Virus record (IMG/VR): IMGVR_UViG_3300009826_000009
Span: 1 to 39,637 of that record
Reading direction: 5' to 3' (one strand)
Origin: a virus
DNA length: 39,637 nt
The notes under the pieces: model-generated
Told to the model about the DNA's origin: nothing
The model's database searches: none
The model's input: only the letters and a program-made list of their open reading frames with translations
Shown here: positions 7,132 to 12,933 of the stretch, piece after piece
Layout: the number at the start of each line of letters is the position of its first letter
Numbering within the stretch: the first letter of the stretch is position 1
Program-made: the position numbers and the translations under genes

Positions 7132-7272
7132 CTAGCGAGCCCGCAGCGCAATCGCAGAGAGCGTGAGCACCACCAGCACCCAGCACGAGATCGGCGTGCA
7201 GCAGCAGCACGAATTGCGGATCGGCGGGCGGGACCACGCCGCCAGAGCAAACCACGGCCCGCCCCCATACAC
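7132..7272 (-). CDS. Small Cys-rich hydrophobic ORF (46 aa), not in the ORF track
   Basis: GTG start; VYGGGPWFALAAWSRPPIRNSCCCCTPISCWVLVVLTLSAIALRAR; GC3 ~85% in otherwise unassigned DNA between the two TA cassettes; no clear RBS. Confidence 0.3.
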   Translation of the reverse strand: MYGGGPWFALAAWSRPPIRNSCCCCTPISCWVLVVLTLSAIALRAR

Positions 7273-7400
7273 CTGCGAGAGCGGGCCGCAGCGAGGTAGT
7301 GCTCGCGCCGAGAGGCCCCTGCACGACGGCCGGTCGTCGGGCGCCAGCGAAGCAGCACAAGCGTAGCGGCGCGGTCAGCGAATCGGCTCGTCCTCGCAGG

Positions 7401-7670
7401 TCATCCGACGTACCGCTCCAGGGCCTCGCGAGCGAGGTCGCTGACGGACTTGCCTTCGCGCTGTGCACGCAGGCGTACTCGCTCGGCCAGCGCCGGCGTG
7501 GTGCGGATGTTCAGCCGCGGCGACACCCCGCGCCCTGAGAGCGAGCGGCGCCCGATACGCTTGCCGCGGCGCAGGTCATAACCACGCTCCGCCTCGTCGG
7601 CCAACCGCTCGGCCAGCTCGTCGGTGACGGGCGTGCCGGACTTCGAGATGGGCGTCTTGCGGGGGGTCAT
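7401..7670 (-). CDS. Ribbon-helix-helix antitoxin (BrnA-like position)
   Basis: 89 aa; RHH C-terminal domain PRLNIRTTPALAERVRLRAQREGKSVSDLAREALERYV; starts 3 nt after the toxin-like ORF stop. Confidence 0.75.
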   Translation of the reverse strand: MTPRKTPISKSGTPVTDELAERLADEAERGYDLRRGKRIGRRSLSGRGVSPRLNIRTTPALAERVRLRAQREGKSVSDLAREALERYVG

Positions 7671-7673
7671 GGT

Positions 7674-7931
7674 CTACCGGAGATAGCGTCGATACTTGGC
7701 GCGCAGCCGCATCGCGTGGATGACGAGCAGGCCAGCGTCCGTCTCGACGGCCATGACCTCGAGCAGCTCACCTCGCTGATCGACGCCGAGGAACACGATC
7801 CGCTGATCGCGCAGCGCCGAGCCCGCCGGTGCGGGCTGACGGATGATCGTAGTGGCGTTCTCGATGACATAGCGCGAGCGAGGGCGGCTGATCCGGTGTC
7901 GTGTCGCCGACCGCGCCCACCGGAGCCTCAC
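7674..7931 (-). CDS. Putative toxin (BrnT/DUF497-like pattern)
   Basis: 85 aa; GTG start 6 nt after the CATAAT -10. Pattern LRW..A.RH.IS...R.VFLG.D..G.LLEV.AV...LVIHAM.LR parallels BrnT-type toxins. Toxin-first order, as in brnTA. Confidence 0.5.
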   Translation of the reverse strand: MRLRWARSATRHRISRPRSRYVIENATTIIRQPAPAGSALRDQRIVFLGVDQRGELLEVMAVETDAGLLVIHAMRLRAKYRRYLR

Positions 7932-7933
7932 GG

Positions 7934-7956
7934 CCCCATTATGTCAGACAGAACCC
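7934..7956 (-). promoter_or_regulatory. Extended -10 promoter (TGACATAAT), copy 2
   Basis: ccccattatgtcagacagaaccc; 6 nt upstream of GTG 7931. Confidence 0.55.
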
Positions 7957-8152
7957 CGAGGGAATGGAGGCGGGGTGCTTACGGTCCGTCCCGGGCCGTC
8001 GTTAGGGTGCCGCGATCCTGCCGCTGCTCTTCAGCGCGCTCGCGCTGCTTCTGGCCGGTCCGCACCACCCGCATCACCACCACCGACCGCGCCACCGGCT
8101 CACGGGCTACAGGATCGAAGGGCGCACCTCGACGTTCGGCGAGGGCGGCTCC

Positions 8153-8458
8153 GTGGGGCTCACGGCCGACGGCGGCTCGGTCGATCGCCCGTGCATTGCG
8201 CTGCGAGATGATTCGACGCTGGACCGCTGGTTCCTCGTGCGGGTGTTCGCCTATGGGCGCTGGCACCGTACGCGGCTGATGCAATGCGACGTTGGGCCTG
8301 CGGAATGGACTGGGAGATCGATCGACATCACTGCCGCTGGCGTGCAGCGGCTCGGGCTGGACCCCTACGCCTACCCGACCGAATGCTGGGGCGTCGCAGC
8401 GGAGCTAGCCCGGCCAGGTCATCGGGCAGACCACTCCCGCCGCGCCGGGCGGATCTAG
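8153..8458 (+). CDS. RlpA/DPBB-like secreted protein (homology-like region extends upstream to 8006; see finding)
   Basis: Frame contains GRTSTFGEGGSVGLTADGGSV...VRVFAYGRW...CDVGPAEWTGRSIDITAAGVQRLGL, the pattern of RlpA-type double-psi beta-barrels. The first canonical start is GTG 8153, but a signal-like AAILPLLFSALALLLAG lies upstream in frame. Confidence 0.6.
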   Translation: MGLTADGGSVDRPCIALRDDSTLDRWFLVRVFAYGRWHRTRLMQCDVGPAEWTGRSIDITAAGVQRLGLDPYAYPTECWGVAAELARPGHRADHSRRAGRI

Positions 8459-8587
8459 CCGCTCGGATTCCCAATCCTCATGCAGCTGGGCGAGCGTGCG
8501 CGGCACGAGGGGCGCTGCGTCGTCGAGCAGGCGAACGACGCGGGCCTGCTGCTCGCGCCAGTTGACGGCTGTGCGCTCCTCGATCAT
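8405..8587 (-). CDS. Hypothetical protein (60 aa), gene 4 of accessory cassette
   Basis: Internal ATG 8587 overlaps the upstream stop (ATGA); its 3' end overlaps the plus-strand gene by 54 nt. Confidence 0.55.
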   Translation of the reverse strand: MIEERTAVNWREQQARVVRLLDDAAPLVPRTLAQLHEDWESERLDPPGAAGVVCPMTWPG

Positions 8588-8850
8588 CGGCGGATGGGCT
8601 TGGACGCCTCGATCGCCACCACCGCCGCCGCCTCCACGTCCACTTCGTGCATGCGCCACGGGTCCTCCAGCGTGAGCACCACCGGCCCGCCGTAGCTGCA
8701 GATCTCGCGCAGGACATAGCCGTCGAGCACGGCCCCCTCATAGTCCTTCAGCAGGCCCTCCAGCTCGTCGCCCAGCTGGACCCTGACGTAGCTGCCGTGC
8801 AGCTTCACCGCCGCCCGCGTCATCTCGATTTCGTGGGCGTCGCTCCTCAT
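8584..8850 (-). CDS. Hypothetical protein (88 aa), gene 3 of accessory cassette
   Basis: Internal ATG 8850 overlaps the upstream stop (ATGA). Confidence 0.65.
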   Translation of the reverse strand: MRSDAHEIEMTRAAVKLHGSYVRVQLGDELEGLLKDYEGAVLDGYVLREICSYGGPVVLTLEDPWRMHEVDVEAAAVVAIEASKPIRR

Positions 8851-9089
8851 CGGAGCGCGTCCTCGCCCACCAGGCCAAAGTCCTCCAGCGGGCCGGTGAC
8901 CAGCGCGTGCCGAGGGTCGTCGGGCGAGATCGTGACCTCGATCTCGACGCCCCGCTCGCCGGCGAGCAGGGCTCTGCCCTCCCACTTGCCGCCGGGCACG
9001 ATTTTTTCGCGGTACTCGACCACCAGGCCCTCGACGCCGCTCTTGTGGCGCAGGCGGCTGAAGACGCCCTGCTCTCGGAAGTAGCGCAT
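8847..9089 (-). CDS. Hypothetical protein (80 aa), gene 2 of accessory cassette
   Basis: Internal ATG 9089, 8 nt after the upstream stop. Confidence 0.65.
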   Translation of the reverse strand: MRYFREQGVFSRLRHKSGVEGLVVEYREKIVPGGKWEGRALLAGERGVEIEVTISPDDPRHALVTGPLEDFGLVGEDALR

Positions 9090-9097
9090 GGGGGCGC

Positions 9098-9853
9098 TCA
9101 GATCTCCCGCCCGGCGAGCACGTGCGCCGCCATCGCACACGCGCAGTCGAACTGGTAGCCGCTGATCCCGTAGGTGTCCGGCTCGCCGCCGTGGATGACT
9201 TCCGCCTGGTCCTCATGCGCCAGCGCGCGGAAGGACTCGATCAGCTCGTGTGGCCCAAGGGGGGCCTCGGAGGAGCCCTGGTGGCGGACGTAGTGTTCGA
9301 TGCGCTGAGCCATGAGGACCGGGTAGATCTCGTAGGTCCCGCCCTGCAGATCGAAGTCGGGCGCTGCGGCGCGCAGCCGGTCGATGCGCGCCTTGTAGGG
9401 TCCGCGCAGCAGCGCATACCAGCGGTCGATGTCGGTCTTGCCGCGCTTGAACTCCTCGCGGCGGCGGCGATCGAAGCCGGCGAGCATCGCCATTCGCTTG
9501 GCGAAGCGTTCCCACGGCGTCTGCCATTCGATCACCTCGCCGTTGACCGCGAAGCCGTGCCGACGGCCGCCGAGCAGGCCCTCGCCCTCCTGGTAGAAGC
9601 GCACCGTATCGCCCTGGCACACGCGCTTGCCGTCGGGCATGTCCAGCACGGTGGCCGTGTAGCGATCGAAGCGGATCTCCTGAGAGCCGTTCTCCCAGGG
9701 ATCGCTCGCCCGCTCGACCACCACCTCGACGTAGTGGTCCTCGGCGATCATCTGCTCCAGCCCGCGCGGGTCGTGCTCGGAGAACAGGCCCTCCAGGGCG
9801 CGCAGGTCGCCGCGCTGGTAGTCCTCGAGGTGCGCGAGTGGCAGGAAGTTCAT
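9098..9853 (-). CDS. Hypothetical protein (251 aa), gene 1 of accessory cassette
   Basis: Clean ORF with RBS GAAGGTGAGG; no motif recognised. Confidence 0.8.
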   Translation of the reverse strand: MNFLPLAHLEDYQRGDLRALEGLFSEHDPRGLEQMIAEDHYVEVVVERASDPWENGSQEIRFDRYTATVLDMPDGKRVCQGDTVRFYQEGEGLLGGRRHGFAVNGEVIEWQTPWERFAKRMAMLAGFDRRRREEFKRGKTDIDRWYALLRGPYKARIDRLRAAAPDFDLQGGTYEIYPVLMAQRIEHYVRHQGSSEAPLGPHELIESFRALAHEDQAEVIHGGEPDTYGISGYQFDCACAMAAHVLAGREI

Positions 9854-9880
9854 CGCGCCGCCTCACCTTCGCCGGGGCAG

Positions 9881-9927
9881 AAAAGAGGAGGAAGCGCACC
9901 CAGCATGCGCAGGCCCGCCTCCTCCTC
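9881..9927 (-). terminator. Intrinsic terminator-like hairpin directly upstream of the 251-aa gene
   Basis: Minus strand GAGGAGGAGGCG-19 nt-CGCTTCCTCCTC (11/12 bp) followed by TTTT. Confidence 0.6.
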
Positions 9928-10088
9928 CGTGCGGCCAAGTCCGCATGCGACTTTTGAGCGGCACGCGCACAACCCTATCGGAGCAACTTCTCGAAATGTC
10001 CAGACCCCCCAAAAAATGGGGCCCAAAAATGGCTTTCCCATGCGGCGTAAGTGTCGCGGTTCGTGAGGGAGACGCTAGATAGGCCATT

Positions 10089-10523
10089 TCACGCCACAAG
10101 TGTGGCATTGGGCTCTGAGAACGCCCCTACGCCACCGGCGCGCGAGAGCGCCGAGCGGTGTGCTGCTGAGCACGTACGCCGGTTGGTCCGCCCATAGAAC
10201 ACTTTGCCGCACCACTCGCAGCAGCGCCCCGCGCGCGCAGGGGCCGGAGCCCGCACGGCGAGGGCGGCACCGACGCGCTGCAGGTAGGCATCCTGGGGCC
10301 AGGTTGCTTGCGAGTCGATCGGCGTCGGGTGCGCCGGGTTGAACTTGGGATCGATCGCCTTCAGGCGGCGCGCCAGCTCGGCGAGCTGCTCGACGGGCAG
10401 CTCGGGCGCGCCCCGCCCCAGCCCGGCAGCGGTCTCGAACACGAGCTCGACGCCGAAGTGCTCGGCGTGAGACACGTACGCGGCGGCGCTGCTCTCCTGT
10501 CGTCCTACTCTGACTGCGGACAT
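10089..10523 (-). CDS. Hypothetical protein with C-terminal zinc-ribbon-like motif (144 aa)
   Basis: ATG 10523 with RBS GAGAGAGGA; CCEWCGKVFYGRTNRRTCSAAHRSALSR. Confidence 0.7.
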   Translation of the reverse strand: MSAVRVGRQESSAAAYVSHAEHFGVELVFETAAGLGRGAPELPVEQLAELARRLKAIDPKFNPAHPTPIDSQATWPQDAYLQRVGAALAVRAPAPARAGRCCEWCGKVFYGRTNRRTCSAAHRSALSRAGGVGAFSEPNATLVA

Positions 10524-10598
10524 CTGCGGTGTCCTCTCTCGCGCCCGGCCCGGCAGCCGGGCGCGCGTCGTTAAGGCGCGTGCCGGCGCGCTGGTGCC

Positions 10599-10623
10599 GG
10601 GGCCAGAAAAAGGCCAGAACGAT
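10599..10623 (+). repeat. Candidate integrase arm-type site, left (GGGGCCAGAA-N3-GGCCAGAACGAT)
   Basis: 22/25 identical to 10850-10874; each copy contains a tandem GGCCAGAA. Confidence 0.5.
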
Positions 10624-10721
10624 TCAGATCTTGGTCTGAGGCGCTTGGCTCGCCAATGCGCCCGAGCCCCACAAAATCCCTGCAAGCGTGTACAATCTCG
10701 CACGGGTTCGACACGAGACAA

Positions 10722-10751
10722 CAAGCATCGAAAACCCCCTCTCGATGCTTG
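10722..10751. other. Perfect 10-bp hairpin abutting the tRNA-like segment
   Basis: caagcatcga-10 nt-tcgatgcttg. Confidence 0.6.
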
Positions 10752-10790
10752 CCATGCAGAAGGTCGAGGGTTCGAGTCCCTTCATCCGCT
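10749..10790 (+). other. attP core candidate: 3' portion of a tRNA-Gly(GCC) gene (not a complete tRNA)
   Basis: Anticodon-loop-like TTGCCAT, variable AGGTC, T-arm GAGGG-TTCGAGT-CCCTT, acceptor 3' strand CATCCGC plus discriminator T. No D-arm or 5' acceptor upstream. Lies 35 nt from the integrase stop. Confidence 0.55.
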
Positions 10791-10794
10791 CTCG

Positions 10795-10818
10795 AAAGCC
10801 CTGCTAATGCCGGGCTTT
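10795..10818. terminator. Bidirectional terminator-like hairpin between the tRNA fragment and int
   Basis: AAAGCCC-10 nt-GGGCTTT followed by T. Confidence 0.5.
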
Positions 10819-10824
10819 TGAAGG

Positions 10825-11904
10825 TCACTCGGACTCGCCCTCAGAGCGGGGGGCCAGAACCGGGCCAGAACGATCTGACAGCTTGCGACGCAGATGCTCC
10901 TCGCCGTCGTGCGCGAGGCTGCCGTAGTGCTTGTCGATCGTCTCGACTGAGGCGCCCATCAGGCGGCTCAGCTCGAAGATCGACACGCCAGCGGCGAGCG
11001 CTTCGGTGGCGAAGGTGTGGCGCAGCTGGTAGGGGCCGCGCTTGGCGATCCCGGCCGCCTCGAGCGCCGGATACCACTCGCGGTCACGCCAGTTGTCCAG
11101 ATCGATCCAGCCGCCCTTCGCAGCAGGAAACAGCAGCTGCGAGTCCAGGCGCGCGGGCAGCTGGGCGAGCGCGTCGGTCGCGCGCGGCGTGAGCGGCACG
11201 CGCCGGCGCGAGCGCTCGGTCTTGGGGTAGGGCGTCAGCCGGCCGCCGCTCACGCGCCGCTGCACCGCCACCGCAGGGTTGAGCCGGTCGATGTCGCGAC
11301 GCTCGAGCGCGATCCACTCGTTGGTGCGCAGCCCCGTCTCGGCGACGAAGACCACCAGCGGCCCCCACGAGCCGAGCTCGGTGGCCAGCGCGTCGAGCTC
11401 GGCACGGGCGAACGGGAAGACCTCGCCGCGGCGCGGCTCGTGGTTGCGCCCGAAGTCCACCGCGGGGTTGGTCGAGATGTAGCCCCAGCGCCGCGCAGCC
11501 GCCAGCACCTGGCGCAGCGCGCGTGTGCGGGCGTGGCGCGTTGACTCGGTCGGCTGTTTTGCGTGCCAGCGCGAGATCTCGTCGGTGGCGCCCTCCAGTT
11601 CGGAGAGCTTCCAGGTGCCGAATCGCTTGCGCGCTGGCGCCAACCAGTCGCGCAGCGTCACCCGCGTCTTGGGTGCGACTTCCTCCTCCCAGCGCGCCAG
11701 ATACTCGACGCAGAATGCCTCGAAGGTGATCTCGGCCGACGGGCCGCCGCGGCGCAGCCGCGGCGCGACGTGGTCGTCGAACCAGCGCTGGGCCTCGGTC
11801 TTGGTCCGAAAGCCGGATCGCTTTGGGCGTTTGCCCTCCTCGGGCCAGCGGATCCCGTAGCCGGTCGGCGTCTGATAGATGCTCCCCTTGGTCTGGGCAG
11901 GCAT
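10825..11904 (-). CDS. int: Tyrosine integrase
   Basis: 359 aa; C-terminal catalytic region with LRHTFATEAL and IDKHYGSL; preceded by an excisionase and followed by the attP-like site. Confidence 0.92.
   Translation of the reverse strand: MPAQTKGSIYQTPTGYGIRWPEEGKRPKRSGFRTKTEAQRWFDDHVAPRLRRGGPSAEITFEAFCVEYLARWEEEVAPKTRVTLRDWLAPARKRFGTWKLSELEGATDEISRWHAKQPTESTRHARTRALRQVLAAARRWGYISTNPAVDFGRNHEPRRGEVFPFARAELDALATELGSWGPLVVFVAETGLRTNEWIALERRDIDRLNPAVAVQRRVSGGRLTPYPKTERSRRRVPLTPRATDALAQLPARLDSQLLFPAAKGGWIDLDNWRDREWYPALEAAGIAKRGPYQLRHTFATEALAAGVSIFELSRLMGASVETIDKHYGSLAHDGEEHLRRKLSDRSGPVLAPRSEGESE
10850..10874 (+). repeat. Candidate integrase arm-type site, right (inside the int 3' end)
   Basis: ggggccagaaccgggccagaacgat; partner of 10599-10623. 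Confidence 0.5.
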
Positions 11905-11908
11905 AGGC

Positions 11909-12169
11909 TCACTCCTCGTCGTCAGTGGTGCTTGGCACCAGAGACGTTAGCGTCCCATTGGCGGCGCCGGGCGTGGTGCTTGGCGCTCCTCGTCCCGGCG
12001 TCGCACGCGCAGCCAGCCAATCGTCCAGCGCCGTCTCGGGAAAGCGCAGCGCGCCCGAGGGCAGCCGGATCGCCGCCAGATCGCCCTGACGCACCCAGCG
12101 CAGCACAGTCGCCGGCGAGACGCCGAGCTGCCCAGCGACCTGGCGCGCGGTGAGCAGCCGCCCGGTCAC
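11909..12169 (-). CDS. xis: Excisionase-family HTH DNA-binding protein
   Basis: 86 aa; LLTARQVAGQLGVSPATVLRWVRQGDLAAIRLPSGALRFPETALDDWL; directly upstream of int. Confidence 0.85.
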   Translation of the reverse strand: MTGRLLTARQVAGQLGVSPATVLRWVRQGDLAAIRLPSGALRFPETALDDWLAARATPGRGAPSTTPGAANGTLTSLVPSTTDDEE

Positions 12170-12309
12170 AACAGCGCCCCATCGCCCTTGGCCGTGCGCT
12201 GCCAGCGCCGCGGGCGCCGTGCGCTGCCGCCGGGCGTGTGGCGCCGGGGCAGCGCTCGCAGCACCGGCAGGTCATAGGCGGTCAGCGTGGGCTCGAGCGG
12301 CTCAGGCAT
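12166..12309 (-). CDS. Hypothetical protein (47 aa), not in the ORF track
   Basis: ATG 12309 in an ATGCCTGA overlap with the upstream stop; its stop overlaps the xis GTG (GTGA). Confidence 0.5.
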   Translation of the reverse strand: MPEPLEPTLTAYDLPVLRALPRRHTPGGSARRPRRWQRTAKGDGALL

Positions 12310-12532
12310 CGTCCCCCCTTACGGCGGCGCGGCGTTCCTGCTCTCGAAGTCGTTTCTTCTCGCGCTGCTCGGGGTGGGCAGCCACGTACGCGGCCTTCGC
12401 GACGCGATTGGCCTCCTTGCACGCCGCGCAACGGCATTTGTGGTTCGTATAACCGCCATACGTGCCGTGAAGAACCTTCGTTGTGTTGCTGTAACGGTAT
12501 TCGCCCTTCCGCACGAGAGGTTCTTCAGGCAT
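12302..12532 (-). CDS. Hypothetical Cys-motif protein (76 aa)
   Basis: ATG 12532 with RBS AAGGAGG; HGTYGGYTNHKCRCAACKEA motif. Confidence 0.7.
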   Translation of the reverse strand: MPEEPLVRKGEYRYSNTTKVLHGTYGGYTNHKCRCAACKEANRVAKAAYVAAHPEQREKKRLREQERRAAVRGDDA

Positions 12533-12698
12533 CCTCGCCTCCTTGGTCGTAGAGGGCGGCGCGCAGGGATTCTTCGGCATCGTCGGGGCAGCCCGATTCA
12601 ATCTTGTCGAGCGAGTATTCGGCGGCTCCTCGCAGCCGGGCGTTCTCGGCCTCCATACGCGCAAGCCACTCCGCGTTCACGGGTTGCCATTCAGCCAT
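12525..12698 (-). CDS. Hypothetical protein (57 aa), not in the ORF track
   Basis: MAEWQPVNAEWLARMEAENARLRGAAEYSLDKIESGCPDDAEESLRAALYDQGGEDA; 8-nt overlaps at both ends. Confidence 0.55.
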   Translation of the reverse strand: MAEWQPVNAEWLARMEAENARLRGAAEYSLDKIESGCPDDAEESLRAALYDQGGEDA

Positions 12699-12933
12699 CG
12701 TTGTCCTCCACGGCGGCGCGGTCTACGGGCTCCCAGGGGCCGGTGCGCTCATTGGCACGCTCAGCCCAGGCTTTGACGCTCCACATCGACCCCGGCTCGT
12801 TGCATTCGTCTTCGGCCAGCTCGGCCGCGAGCATGGCGGCTTTCTCGGTGGTCCTGAACCTATAGTGGAGCTTCCCGAAGGGCACTCCTTCCTTGCACCA
12901 TCGCCAACAGGCGCGATAGATGAACTCAGGCAT
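12691..12933 (-). CDS. Hypothetical protein (80 aa)
   Basis: ATG 12933 with RBS AAGGAGG; ATGCCTGA overlap with the upstream stop. Confidence 0.7.
   Translation of the reverse strand: MPEFIYRACWRWCKEGVPFGKLHYRFRTTEKAAMLAAELAEDECNEPGSMWSVKAWAERANERTGPWEPVDRAAVEDNDG

Noticed and set aside
10749-10790. Possible complete tRNA gene next to the integrase.
   Set aside because: Only the anticodon-loop-to-acceptor 3' portion is present. No matching 5' acceptor strand (GCGGATG) or D-arm lies upstream, so it is an att-site tRNA fragment rather than a tRNA gene.
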